Assembly (NCBI GenBank): GCA_964016885.1
Contig: OZ024740.1
Coordinates: 422,282,001-422,346,000 of the forward strand
Length of the DNA stretch: 64,000 nucleotides
Reading direction: 5' to 3'
Source: Eledone cirrhosa
Lineage: Eukaryota
The position numbers and the translations under genes were made by a program. A model generated the notes under the pieces. It was given only the letters and a program-made list of their open reading frames with translations, was not told the origin of the DNA and made no database searches. Of the stretch, positions 40,801 to 55,900 are shown in pieces; within the stretch, counting starts at the first letter, position 1; every line of letters begins with the position of its first letter.

Positions 40801-43800
40801 TAACAAATATTGTCCACCATTCTCTCCACTGTGGACTTTAGCAGACTGTCTTGGACTTCTCTGAGTCTCTAACATATATTGTCCACCATTCTCTCCACTG
40901 TGGACTTTAGCAGACTGTCTTGGACTTCTCTGAGTCTCTAACAAATATTGTCTACCATTCTCTCCACTGTGGACTTTAGCAGACTGTCTTGGATTCCTCT
41001 CTGTCTCTAACAAATATTGTCCACCATTCTCTCCACTGTAGATTTTAGCAGACTGTCTTGGACTCCTCTGAGTCTCTAACAAATATTGTCCACCATTCTC
41101 TCCACTGTGGACTTTAGCAGACTGTCTTGGATTCCTCTGAGTCTCTAACAAATATTGTCCACCATTCTGTTCACTGTGGAGTTTAGCAGACTGTCTTGGA
41201 TTCCTCTGAGTCTCTAACAAATATTGTCCACCATTCTCTCCACTTTGGACTCTAGCAGACTGTCTTGGACTTCTCTGAGTCTCTAACAAATATTGTCCAC
41301 CATTCTCTCCACTGTAGACTTTAGCAGACTGTCTTGGATTCCTCTGAGTCTCTAACAAATATTGTCTATCATTCTCTCCACTGTAGACTTTAGCAGACTG
41401 TATTGGACTCCTCTGAGTCTCTAACAAATATTGTCCACCATTCTCTCCACTGTGGACTTTAGCAGACTGTCTTGGATTCCTCTGAGTCTCTAACAAATAT
41501 TGTCCACCATTCTCTCCACTGTGGATTTTAGCAGACTGTCTTGGACTCCTCTGAGTCTCTAACATATATTGTCCACCATTCTCTCCACTGTGGACTTTAG
41601 CAGACTGTCTTGGACTCCTCTGAGTCTGTAACAAATATTGTCCACCATTCTCTCCACTGTGGACTTTAGCAGACTATCTTGGACTCCTCTGAGTCTCTAA
41701 CACATATTGTCCACCATTCTCTCCACTGTGGACTTTAGCAGACTGTCTTGGATTCCTCTGAGTCTCTTATAAATATTGTCTACCATTCTCTCCGCTGTAG
41801 ATTTTAGCAGACTGTCTTGGATTCCTCTGAGTCTCTAACAAATATTGTCCACCATTCTCTCCACTGTGGACTTTAGCAGACTGTCTTGGACTTCTCTGAG
41901 TCTCTAACAAATATTGTCCACCATTCTCTCCACTGTGGACTTTAGCAGACTGTCTTGAACTTCTCTGAGTCTCTAACAAATATTGTCCACATTCTCTCCA
42001 CTGTGGACTTTAGCAGACTGTCTTGGACTCCTCTGAGTCTCTAACATATATTGTCCACCATTCTCTCCACTGTAGACTTTAGCAGACTGTATTGGACTCC
42101 TCTGAGTCTCTAACAAATATTGTCCACCATTCTCTCCACTGTGGACTTTAGCAGACTGTCTTGGATTCCTCTGAATCTCTAACAAATATTGTCCACCATT
42201 CTCTCCACTGTGGACTTTAGCAGACTGTCTTGGACTCCTCTGAGTCTCTAACATATATTGTCCACCATTCTCTCCACTGTGGACTTTAGCAGACTGTCTT
42301 GGACTCCTCTGAGTCTGTAACAAATATTGTCCACCATTCTCTCCACTGTGGATATTAGCAGACTGTCTTGGATTCCTCTGAGACTCTAAAAAATATTGCC
42401 CACCATTCTGTCCACTGTGGACTTTAGCAGACTGTCTTGGATTCCTCTGAGTCTCTAACAAATATTGTCCACCATACTCTCCACTGTGGACTTTAGCAGA
42501 CTGTCTTGGACTCTTCTGAGTCTCTAACAAATATTGTCTACCATTCTCTCCACTGTGGACTTTAGCAGACTGTCTTGGACTCCTCTGAGTCTCTAACAAA
42601 TATTGTCCACCATTCTCTCCACTGTGGACTTTAGTAGACTGTCTTGGATTCCTCTGAGTCTCTAACAAATATTGTCCACCATTCTCTCCACTGTGGACTT
42701 TAGCAGACTGTCTTGGATTCCTCTGAGTCTCTAACATATATTGTCCACCATTCTCTCCACTGTGGACTTTAGCAGACTGTCTTGGACTCCTCTGAGTCTC
42801 TAACAAATATTGTCCACCATTCTCTCCACTGTGGACTTTAGCAGACTATCTTGGACTCCTCTGAGTCTCTAACAAATATTGTCCACCATTCTCTCCACTG
42901 TGGACTTTAGCAGACTGTCTTGGATTCCTCTGAGTCTCTAACAAATATTGTCTACCATTCTCTCCACTGTGGACTTTAGCAGACTGTCTTGGATTCCTCT
43001 GAGTCTCTAACAAATATTGTCTACCATTCTCTCCACTGTGGACTTTAGCAGACTGTCTTGGACTTCTCTGAGTCTCTAACAAATATTGTCCACCATTCTC
43101 TCCACTGTGGACTTTAGTAGACTGTCTTGGACTTCTCTGAGTCTCTAACAAATATTGTCCACCATTCTCTCCACTGTGGACTTTAGTAGACTGTCTTGGA
43201 CTTCTCTGAGTCTCTAACAAATATTGTCTACCATTTTCTCCACTGTGGACTTTAGCAGACTGTCTTGGACTCCTCTGAGTCTCTAACATATATTGTCCAC
43301 CATTCTCTCCACTGTGGACTTTAGCAGACTGTCTTGGACTTCTCTGAGTCTCTAACAAATATTGTCTACCATTCTCTCCACTGTGGACTTTAGCAGACTG
43401 TCTTGGACTCCTCTGAGTCTCTAACAAATATTGTCCACCATTCTCTCCACTGTGGACTTTAGCAGACTGTCTTGGACTTCTCTGAGACTCTAACATATAT
43501 TGTCCACCATTCTCTCCACTGTGGACTTTAGCAGACTGTCTTGGACTTCTCTGAGTCTCTAACAAATATTGTCTACCATTCTCTCCACTGTGGACTTTAG
43601 CAGACTGTCTTGGATTCCTCTGAGTCTCTAACAAATATTGTCTACCATTCTCTCCACTGTAGATTTTAGCAGACTGTCTTGGACTCCTCTGAGTCTCTAA
43701 CAAATATTGTCTACCATTCTCTCCACTGTGGACTTTAGCAGACTGTCTTGGACTCCTCTGAGTCTCTAACAAATATTGTCCACCATTCTCTCCACTGTGG

Positions 43801-46800
43801 ACTTTAGCAGACTGTCTTGGATTCCTCTGAGTCTCTAACAAATAATGTCCACCATTCTCTCCACTGTGGAGTTTAGCAGACTGTCTTGGACTCCTCTGAG
43901 TCTCTAACATATATTGTCCACCATTCTCTCAACTGTGGAATTTAGCAGACTGTCTTGGATTCCTCTGAGTCTCTAACAAATATTGTCTACCATTCTCTCC
44001 ACTGTAGACTTTAGCAGATTGTCTTGGACTTCTCTGAGTCTCTAACAAATATTGTCCACCATTCTCTCCACTGTAGACTTTAGTAGACTGTCTTGGATTC
44101 CTCTGAGTCTCTAACATATATTGTCTACCATTCTCTCCAATGTAGACTTTAGCAGACTGTCTTGGATTCCTCTGAGTCTCTAACAAATATTGTCCACCAT
44201 TCTTTCCACTGTGGACTTTAGCAGACTGTCTTGGATTCCTCTGAGTCTCTAACAAATATTGTCCACCATTCTGTTCACTGTGGAATTTAGCAGACTGTCT
44301 TGGACTCCTCTGAGTCTCTAACAAATATCGTCTACCATTCTCTCTACTGTAGATTTTAGCAGACTGTCTTGGACTCCTCTGAGTCTCTAACAAATATTGT
44401 CTACCATTCTCTCCACTGTGGACTTTAGCAGACTGTCTTGGACTTCTCTGAGTCTCTAACAAATATTGTCTACCATTCTCAGCACTGTGGACTTTAGCAG
44501 ACTGTCTTGGACTCCTCTGAGTCTCTAACAAATATTGTCCACCATTCTCTCCACTGTGGACTTTAGCAGACTGTCTTGGACTTCTCTGAGTCTCTAACAT
44601 ATATTGTCCACCATTCTCTCCACTGTGGACTTTAGCAGACTGTCTTGGACTTCTCTGAGTCTCTAACAAATATTGTCTACCATTCTCTCCACTGTGGACT
44701 TTAGCAGACTGTCTTGGATTCCTCTCTGTCTCTAACAAATATTGTCCACCATTCTCTCCACTGTAGATTTTAGCAGACTGTCTTGGACTCCTCTGAGTCT
44801 CTAACAAATATTGTCCACCATTCTCTCCACTGTGGACTTTAGCAGACTGTCTTGGATTCCTCTGAGTCTCTAACAAATATTGTCCACCATTCTGTTCACT
44901 GTGGAGTTTAGCAGACTGTCTTGGATTCCTCTGAGTCTCTAACAAATATTGTCCACCATTCTCTCCACTTTGGACTCTAGCAGACTGTCTTGGACTTCTC
45001 TGAGTCTCTAACAAATATTGTCCACCATTCTCTCCACTGTAGACTTTAGCAGACTGTCTTGGATTCCTCTGAGTCTCTAACAAATATTGTCTATCATTCT
45101 CTCCACTGTAGACTTTAGCAGACTGTATTGGACTCCTCTGAGTCTCTAACAAATATTGTCCACCATTCTCTCCACTGTGGACTTTAGCAGACTGTCTTGG
45201 ATTCCTCTGAGTCTCTAACAAATATTGTCCACCATTCTCTCCACTGTGGATTTTAGCAGACTGTCTTGGACTCCTCTGAGTCTCTAACATATATTGTCCA
45301 CCATTCTCTCCACTGTGGACTTTAGCAGACTGTCTTGGACTCCTCTGAGTCTGTAACAAATATTGTCCACCATTCTCTCCACTGTGGACTTTAGCAGACT
45401 ATCTTGGACTCCTCTGAGTCTCTAACACATATTGTCCACCATTCTCTCCACTGTGGACTTTAGCAGACTGTCTTGGATTCCTCTGAGTCTCTTATAAATA
45501 TTGTCTACCATTCTCTCCGCTGTAGATTTTAGCAGACTGTCTTGGATTCCTCTGAGTCTCTAACAAATATTGTCCACCATTCTCTCCACTGTGGACTTTA
45601 GCAGACTGTCTTGGACTTCTCTGAGTCTCTAACAAATATTGTCCACCATTCTCTCCACTGTGGACTTTAGCAGACTGTCTTGAACTTCTCTGAGTCTCTA
45701 ACAAATATTGTCCACATTCTCTCCACTGTGGACTTTAGCAGACTGTCTTGGACTCCTCTGAGTCTCTAACATATATTGTCCACCATTCTCTCCACTGTAG
45801 ACTTTAGCAGACTGTATTGGACTCCTCTGAGTCTCTAACAAATATTGTCCACCATTCTCTCCACTGTGGACTTTAGCAGACTGTCTTGGATTCCTCTGAA
45901 TCTCTAACAAATATTGTCCACCATTCTCTCCACTGTGGACTTTAGCAGACTGTCTTGGACTCCTCTGAGTCTCTAACATATATTGTCCACCATTCTCTCC
46001 ACTGTGGACTTTAGCAGACTGTCTTGGACTCCTCTGAGTCTGTAACAAATATTGTCCACCATTCTCTCCACTGTGGATATTAGCAGACTGTCTTGGATTC
46101 CTCTGAGACTCTAAAAAATATTGCCCACCATTCTGTCCACTGTGGACTTTAGCAGACTGTCTTGGATTCCTCTGAGTCTCTAACAAATATTGTCCACCAT
46201 ACTCTCCACTGTGGACTTTAGCAGACTGTCTTGGACTCTTCTGAGTCTCTAACAAATATTGTCTACCATTCTCTCCACTGTGGACTTTAGCAGACTGTCT
46301 TGGACTCCTCTGAGTCTCTAACAAATATTGTCCACCATTCTCTCCACTGTGGACTTTAGTAGACTGTCTTGGATTCCTCTGAGTCTCTAACAAATATTGT
46401 CCACCATTCTCTCCACTGTGGACTTTAGCAGACTGTCTTGGATTCCTCTGAGTCTCTAACATATATTGTCCACCATTCTCTCCACTGTGGACTTTAGCAG
46501 ACTGTCTTGGACTCCTCTGAGTCTCTAACAAATATTGTCCACCATTCTCTCCACTGTGGACTTTAGCAGACTATCTTGGACTCCTCTGAGTCTCTAACAA
46601 ATATTGTCCACCATTCTCTCCACTGTGGACTTTAGCAGACTGTCTTGGATTCCTCTGAGTCTCTAACAAATATTGTCTACCATTCTCTCCACTGTGGACT
46701 TTAGCAGACTGTCTTGGATTCCTCTGAGTCTCTAACAAATATTGTCTACCATTCTCTCCACTGTGGACTTTAGCAGACTGTCTTGGACTTCTCTGAGTCT

Positions 46801-49800
46801 CTAACAAATATTGTCCACCATTCTCTCCACTGTGGACTTTAGTAGACTGTCTTGGACTTCTCTGAGTCTCTAACAAATATTGTCCACCATTCTCTCCACT
46901 GTGGACTTTAGTAGACTGTCTTGGACTTCTCTGAGTCTCTAACAAATATTGTCTACCATTTTCTCCACTGTGGACTTTAGCAGACTGTCTTGGACTCCTC
47001 TGAGTCTCTAACATATATTGTCCACCATTCTCTCCACTGTGGACTTTAGCAGACTGTCTTGGACTTCTCTGAGTCTCTAACAAATATTGTCTACCATTCT
47101 CTCCACTGTGGACTTTAGCAGACTGTCTTGGACTCCTCTGAGTCTCTAACAAATATTGTCCACCATTCTCTCCACTGTGGACTTTAGCAGACTGTCTTGG
47201 ACTTCTCTGAGACTCTAACATATATTGTCCACCATTCTCTCCACTGTGGACTTTAGCAGACTGTCTTGGACTTCTCTGAGTCTCTAACAAATATTGTCTA
47301 CCATTCTCTCCACTGTGGACTTTAGCAGACTGTCTTGGATTCCTCTGAGTCTCTAACAAATATTGTCTACCATTCTCTCCACTGTAGATTTTAGCAGACT
47401 GTCTTGGACTCCTCTGAGTCTCTAACAAATATTGTCTACCATTCTCTCCACTGTGGACTTTAGCAGACTGTCTTGGACTCCTCTGAGTCTCTAACAAATA
47501 TTGTCCACCATTCTCTCCACTGTGGACTTTAGCAGACTGTCTTGGATTCCTCTGAGTCTCTAACAAATAATGTCCACCATTCTCTCCACTGTGGAGTTTA
47601 GCAGACTGTCTTGGACTCCTCTGAGTCTCTAACATATATTGTCCACCATTCTCTCAACTGTGGAATTTAGCAGACTGTCTTGGATTCCTCTGAGTCTCTA
47701 ACAAATATTGTCTACCATTCTCTCCACTGTAGACTTTAGCAGATTGTCTTGGACTTCTCTGAGTCTCTAACAAATATTGTCCACCATTCTCTCCACTGTA
47801 GACTTTAGTAGACTGTCTTGGATTCCTCTGAGTCTCTAACATATATTGTCTACCATTCTCTCCAATGTAGACTTTAGCAGACTGTCTTGGATTCCTCTGA
47901 GTCTCTAACAAATATTGTCCACCATTCTTTCCACTGTGGACTTTAGCAGACTGTCTTGGATTCCTCTGAGTCTCTAACAAATATTGTCCACCATTCTGTT
48001 CACTGTGGAATTTAGCAGACTGTCTTGGACTCCTCTGAGTCTCTAACAAATATCGTCTACCATTCTCTCCACTGTAGATTTTAGCAGACTGTCTTGGACT
48101 CCTCTGAGTCTCTAACAAATATTGTCTACCATTCTCTCCACTGTGGACTTTAGCAGACTGTCTTGGACTCCTCTGAGTCTCTAACATATATTGTCCACCA
48201 TTCTCTCCACTGTGGACTTTAGCAGACTGTCTTGGACTTCTCTGAGTCTCTAACAAATATTGTCTACCATTCTCAGCACTGTGGACTTTAGCAGACTGTC
48301 TTGGACTCCTCTGAGTCTCTAACAAATATTGTCCACCATTCTCTCCACTGTGGACTTTAGCAGACTGTCTTGGACTTCTCTGAGTCTCTAACATATATTG
48401 TCCACCATTCTCTCCACTGTGGACTTTAGCAGACTGTCTTGGACTTCTCTGAGTCTCTAACAAATATTGTCTACCATTCTCTCCACTGTGGACTTTAGCA
48501 GACTGTCTTGGATTCCTCTCTGTCTCTAACAAATATTGTCCACCATTCTCTCCACTGTAGATTTTAGCAGACTGTCTTGGACTCCTCTGAGTCTCTAACA
48601 AATATTGTCCACCATTCTCTCCACTGTGGACTTTAGCAGACTGTCTTGGATTCCTCTGAGTCTCTAACAAATATTGTCCACCATTCTGTTCACTGTGGAG
48701 TTTAGCAGACTGTCTTGGATTCCTCTGAGTCTCTAACAAATATTGTCCACCATTCTCTCCACTTTGGACTCTAGCAGACTGTCTTGGACTTCTCTGAGTC
48801 TCTAACAAATATTGTCCACCATTCTCTCCACTGTAGACTTTAGCAGACTGTCTTGGATTCCTCTGAGTCTCTAACAAATATTGTCTATCATTCTCTCCAC
48901 TGTAGACTTTAGCAGACTGTATTGGACTCCTCTGAGTCTCTAACAAATATTGTCCACCATTCTCTCCACTGTGGACTTTAGCAGACTGTCTTGGATTCCT
49001 CTGAGTCTCTAACAAATATTGTCCACCATTCTCTCCACTGTGGATTTTAGCAGACTGTCTTGGACTCCTCTGAGTCTCTAACATATATTGTCCACCATTC
49101 TCTCCACTGTGGACTTTAGCAGACTGTCTTGGACTCCTCTGAGTCTGTAACAAATATTGTCCACCATTCTCTCCACTGTGGACTTTAGCAGACTATCTTG
49201 GACTCCTCTGAGTCTCTAACACATATTGTCCACCATTCTCTCCACTGTGGACTTTAGCAGACTGTCTTGGATTCCTCTGAGTCTCTTATAAATATTGTCT
49301 ACCATTCTCTCCGCTGTAGATTTTAGCAGACTGTCTTGGATTCCTCTGAGTCTCTAACAAATATTGTCCACCATTCTCTCCACTGTGGACTTTAGCAGAC
49401 TGTCTTGGACTTCTCTGAGTCTCTAACAAATATTGTCCACCATTCTCTCCACTGTGGACTTTAGCAGACTGTCTTGAACTTCTCTGAGTCTCTAACAAAT
49501 ATTGTCCACATTCTCTCCACTGTGGACTTTAGCAGACTGTCTTGGACTCCTCTGAGTCTCTAACATATATTGTCCACCATTCTCTCCACTGTAGACTTTA
49601 GCAGACTGTATTGGACTCCTCTGAGTCTCTAACAAATATTGTCCACCATTCTCTCCACTGTGGACTTTAGCAGACTGTCTTGGATTCCTCTGAATCTCTA
49701 ACAAATATTGTCCACCATTCTCTCCACTGTGGACTTTAGCAGACTGTCTTGGACTCCTCTGAGTCTCTAACATATATTGTCCACCATTCTCTCCACTGTG

Positions 49801-52800
49801 GACTTTAGCAGACTGTCTTGGACTCCTCTGAGTCTGTAACAAATATTGTCCACCATTCTCTCCACTGTGGATATTAGCAGACTGTCTTGGATTCCTCTGA
49901 GACTCTAAAAAATATTGCCCACCATTCTGTCCACTGTGGACTTTAGCAGACTGTCTTGGATTCCTCTGAGTCTCTAACAAATATTGTCCACCATACTCTC
50001 CACTGTGGACTTTAGCAGACTGTCTTGGACTCTTCTGAGTCTCTAACAAATATTGTCTACCATTCTCTCCACTGTGGACTTTAGCAGACTGTCTTGGACT
50101 CCTCTGAGTCTCTAACAAATATTGTCCACCATTCTCTCCACTGTGGACTTTAGTAGACTGTCTTGGATTCCTCTGAGTCTCTAACAAATATTGTCCACCA
50201 TTCTCTCCACTGTGGACTTTAGCAGACTGTCTTGGATTCCTCTGAGTCTCTAACATATATTGTCCACCATTCTCTCCACTGTGGACTTTAGCAGACTGTC
50301 TTGGACTCCTCTGAGTCTCTAACAAATATTGTCCACCATTCTCTCCACTGTGGACTTTAGCAGACTATCTTGGACTCCTCTGAGTCTCTAACAAATATTG
50401 TCCACCATTCTCTCCACTGTGGACTTTAGCAGACTGTCTTGGACTCCTCTGAGTCCCTAACAAATATTGTCCACCATTCTCTCCACTGTGGACTTTAGCA
50501 GACTGTCTTGGATTCCTCTGAGTCTCTAACAAATATTGTCTACCATTCTCTCCGCTGTAGATTTTAGCAGACTGTCTTGGATTCCTCTGAGTCTCTTATA
50601 AATATTGTCTACCATTCTCTCCGCTGTAGATTTTAGCAGACTGTCTTGGATTCCTCTGAGTCTCTAACAAATATTGTCCACCATTCTCTCCACTGTGGAC
50701 TTTAGCAGACTGTCTTGGACTTCTCTGAGTCTCTAACAAATATTGTCCACCATTCTCTCCACTGTGGACTTTAGCAGACTGTCTTGAACTTCTCTGAGTC
50801 TCTAACAAATATTGTCCACATTCTCTCCACTGTGGACTTTAGCAGACTGTCTTGGATTCCTCTGAGTCTCTAACAAATAATGTCCACCATTCTCTCCACT
50901 GTGGAGTTTAGCAGACTGTCTTGGACTCCTCTGAGTCTCTAACATATATTGTCCACCATTCTCTCAACTCTGGAATTTAGCAGACTGTCTTGGATTCCTC
51001 TGAGTCTCTAACAAATATTGTCTACCATTCTCTGCACTGTGGATTTTAGCAGACTGTCTTGGACTTCTCTGAGTCTCTAACAAATATTGTCCACCATTCT
51101 CTCCAATGTAGACTTTAGCAGACTGTTTTGGACTCCTCTGAGTCTCTAACAAATATTGTCTACCATTCTCTCCACTGTAGATTTTAGCAGACTGTCTTGG
51201 ACTCCTCTGAGTCTCTAACAAATATTGTCTACCATTCTCTCCAATGTAGACTTTAGCAGACTGTTTTGGACTCCTCTGAGTCTCTAACAAATATTGTCCA
51301 CCATTCTCTCCACTGTGGATATTAGCAGACTGTCTTGGATTCCTCTGAGACTCTAAAAAATATTGCCCACCATTCTGTCCACTGTGGACTTTAGAAGACT
51401 GTCTTGGATTCCTCTGAGTCTCTAACAAATATTGTCCACCATACTCTCCACTGTGGACTTTAGCAGACTGTCTTGGACTCTTCTGAGTCTCTAACAAATA
51501 TTGTCTACCATTCTCTCCACTGTGGACTTTAGCAGACTGTCTTGGACTCCTCTGAGTCTCTAATAAATATTGTCCACCATTCTCTCCACTGTGGACTTTA
51601 GTAGACTGTCTTGGATTCCTCTGAGTCTCTAACAAATATTGTCCACCATTCTCTCCACTGTGGACTTTAGCAGACTGTCTTGGATTCCTCTGAGTCTCTA
51701 ACATATATTGTCCACCATTCTCTCCACTGTGGACTTTAGCAGACAGTCTTGGACTCCTCTGAGTCTCTAACAAATATTGTCCACCATTCTCTCCACTGTG
51801 GACTTTAGCAGACTATCTTGGACTCCTCTGAGTCTCTAACAAATATTGTCCACCATTCTCTCCACTGTGGACTTTAGCAGACTGTCTTGGACTTCTCTGA
51901 GTCTCTAACAAATATTGTCCACCATTCTCTCCACTGTGGACTTTAGCAGACTGTCTTGGACTCTTCTGAGTCTCTAACAAATATTGTCTACCATTCTCTC
52001 CACTGTGGACTTTAGCAGACTATCTTGGACTTCTCTGAGTCTCTAACAAATATTGTCCACCATTCTCTCCACTGTGGACTTTAGTAGACTGTCTTGGACT
52101 TCTCTGAGTCTCTAACAAATATTGTCTACCATTCTCTCCACTGTGGACTTTAGCAGACTGTCTTGGATTCCTCTGAGTCTCTAACAAATATTGTCTACCA
52201 TTCTCTCCACTGTGGACTTTAGCAGACTGTCTTGGACTTCTCTGAGTCTCTAACAAATATTGTCCACCATTCTCTCCACTGTGGACTTTAGTAGACTGTC
52301 TTGGACTTCTCTGAGTCTCTAACAAATATTGTCTACCATTTTCTCCACTGTGGACTTTAGCAGACTGTCTTGGACTCCTCTGAGTCTCTAACATATATTG
52401 TCCACCATTCTCTCCACTGTGGACTTTAGCAGACTGTCTTGGACTTCTCTGAGTCTCTAACAAATATTGTCTACCATTCTCTCCACTGTGGACTTTAGCA
52501 GACTGTCTTGGACTCCTCTGAGTCTCTAACAAATATTGTCCACCATTCTCTCCACTGTGGACTTTAGCAGACTGTCTTGGACTTCTCTGAGACTCTAACA
52601 TATATTGTCCACCATTCTCTCCACTGTGGACTTTAGCAGACTGTCTTGGACTTCTCTGAGTCTCTAACAAATATTGTCTACCATTCTCTCCACTGTGGAC
52701 TTTAGCAGACTGTCTTGGATTCCTCTGAGTCTCTAACAAATATTGTCTACCATTCTCTCCACTGTAGATTTTAGCAGACTGTCTTGGACTCCTCTGAGTC

Positions 52801-52900
52801 TCTAACAAATATTGTCTACCATTCTCTCCACTGTGGACTTTAGCAGACTGTCTTGGACTCCTCTGAGTCTCTAACAAATATTGTCCACCATTCTCTCCAC
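34600..52900. repeat. Nested higher-order block: units at 5380, 3794 and 3725-bp offsets inside a pair of about 5.4-kb segments 12,899 bp apart; boundaries approximate
   Basis: The 499/476-aa ORF occurs at 34755, 40135, 43929 and 47654, and the 277-aa ORF at 36593, 41973, 45698 and 49492. Pairs 37697/50596, 38065/50964 and 39121/52020 all differ by 12,899 (187x69 - 4). Confidence 0.92.
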
Positions 52901-55900
52901 TGTGGACTTTAGCAGACTGTCTTGGACTTCTCTGAGTCTCTAACATATATTGTCCACCATTCTCTCCACTGTGGACTTTAGCAGACTGTCTTGGACTTCT
53001 CTGAGTCTCTAACAAATATTGTCTACCATTCTCTCCACTGTGGACTTTAGCAGACTGTCTTGGATTCCTCTGAGTCTCTAACAAATATTGTCCACCATTC
53101 TCTCCACTGTAGATTTTAGCAGACTGTCTTGGACTCCTCTGAGTCTCTAACAAATATTGTCCACCATTCTCTCCACTGTGGACTTTAGCAGACTGTCTTG
53201 GATTCCTCTGAGTCTCTAACAAATATTGTCCACCATTCTGTTCACTGTGGACTTTAGCAGACTGTCTTGGATTCCTCTGAGTCTCTAACAAATATTGTCC
53301 ACCATTCTCTCCACTTTGGACTCTAGCAGACTGTCTTGGACTTCTCTGAGTCTCTAACAAATATTGTCCACCATTCTCTCCACTGTAGACTTTAGCAGAC
53401 TGTCTTGGATTCCTCTGAGTCTCTAACAAATATTGTCTATCATTCTCTCCACTGTAGACTTTAGCAGACTGTATTGGACTCCTCTGAGTCTCTAACAAAT
53501 ATTGTCCACCATTCTCTCCACTGTGGACTTTAGCAGACTGTCTTGGATTCCTCTGAGTCTCTAACAAATATTGTCCACCATTCTCTCCACTGTGGACTTT
53601 AGCAGACTGTCTTGGACTCCTCTGAGTCTCTAACATATATTGTCCACCATTCTCTCCACTGTGGACTTTAGCAGACTGTCTTGGACTCCTCTGAGTCTGT
53701 AACAAATATTGTCCACCATTCTCTCCACTGTGGACTTTAGCAGACTATCTTGGACTCCTCTGAGTCTCTAACAAATATTGTCCACCATTCTCTCCACTGT
53801 GGACTTTAGCAGACTGTCTTGGATTCCTCTGAGTCTCTTATAAATATTGTCTACCATTCTCTCCGCTGTAGATTTTAGCAGACTGTCTTGGATTCCTCTG
53901 AGTCTCTAACAAATATTGTCCACCATTCTCTCCACTGTGGACTTTAGCAGACTGTCTTGGACTTCTCTGAGTCTCTAACAAATATTGTCCACCATTCTCT
54001 CCACTGTGGACTTTAGCAGACTGTCTTGAACTTCTCTGAGTCTCTAACAAATATTGTCCACATCCTCTCCACTGTGGACTTTAGCAGACTGTCTTGGACT
54101 CCTCTGAGTCTCTAACAAATATTGTCTACCATTCTCTCCACTGTGGACTTTAGCAGACTGTCTTGGATTCCTCTGAGTCTCTAACAAATAATGTCCACCA
54201 TTCTCTCCACTGTGGAGTTTAGCAGACTGTCTTGGACTCCTTTGAGTCTCTAACATATATTGTCCACCATTCTCTCAACTGTGGAATTTAGCAGACTGTC
54301 TTGGATTCCTCTGAGTCTCTAACAAATATTGTCTACCATTCTCTCCACTGTAGACTTTAGCAGATTGTCTTGGACTTCTCTGAGTCTCTAACAAATATTG
54401 TCCACCATTCTCTCCACTGTAGACTTTAGTAGACTGTCTTGGATTCCTCTGAGTCTCTAACATATATTGTCTACCATTCTCTCCAATGTAGACTTTAGCA
54501 GACTGTTTTGGACTCCTCTGAGTCTCTAACAAATATCGTCTACCATTCTCTCCACTGTAGATTTTAGCAGACTGTCTTGGACTCCTTTGAGTCTCTAACA
54601 AATATTGTCTACCATTCTCTCCACTGTGGACTTTAGCAGACTGTCTTGGACTCCTCTGAGTCTCTAACATATATTGTCCACCATTCTCTCCACTGTGGAC
54701 TTTAGCAGACTGTCTTGGACTTCTCTGAGTCTCTAACAAATATTGTCTACCATTCTCTCCACTGTGGACTTTAGCAGACTGTCTTGGACTCCTCTGAGTC
54801 TCTAACAAATATTGTCCACCATTCTCTCCACTGTGGACTTTAGCAGACTGTCTTGGACTTCTCTGAGTCTCTAACATATATTGTCCACCATTCTCTCCAC
54901 TGTGGACTTTAGCAGACTGTCTTGGACTTCTCTGAGTCTCTAACAAATATTGTCTACCATTCTCTCCACTGTGGACTTTAGCAGACTGTCTTGCATTCCT
55001 CTCTGTCTCTAACAAATATTGTCCACCATTCTCTCCACTGTAGATTTTAGCAGACTGTCTTGGACTCCTCTGAGTCTCTAACAAATATTGTCCACCATTC
55101 TCTCCACTGTGGACTTTAGCAGACTGTCTTGGATTCCTCTGAGTCTCTAACAAATATTGTCCACCATTCTGTTCACTGTGGACTTTAGCAGACTGTCTTG
55201 GATTCCTCTGAGTCTCTAACAAATATTGTCCACCATTCTCTCCACTTTGGACTCTAGCAGACTGTCTTGGACTTCTCTGAGTCTCTAACAAATATTGTCC
55301 ACCATTCTCTCCACTGTAGACTTTAGCAGACTGTCTTGGATTCCTCTGAGTCTCTAACAAATATTGTCTATCATTCTCTCCACTGTAGACTTTAGCAGAC
55401 TGTATTGGACTCCTCTGAGTCTCTAACAAATATTGTCCACCATTCTCTCCACTGTGGACTTTAGCAGACTGTCTTGGATTCCTCTGAGTCTCTAACAAAT
55501 ATTGTCCACCATTCTCTCCACTGTGGACTTTAGCAGACTGTCTTGGACTCCTCTGAGTCTCTAATAAATATTGTCCACCATTCTCTCCACTGTGGACTTT
55601 AGTAGACTGTCTTGGATTCCTCTGAGTCTGTAACAAATATTGTCCACCATTCTCTCCACTGTGGACTTTAGCAGACTGTCTTGGATTCCTCTGAGTCTCT
55701 AACATATATTGTCCACCATTCTCTCCACTGTGGACTTTAGCAGACAGTCTTGGACTCCTCTGAGTCTCTAACAAATATTGTCCACCATTCTCTCCACTGT
55801 GGACTTTAGCAGACTATCTTGGACTCCTCTGACTCTCTAACAAATATTGTCCACCATTCTCTCCACTGTGGACTTTAGCAGACTGTCTTGGACTTCTCTG

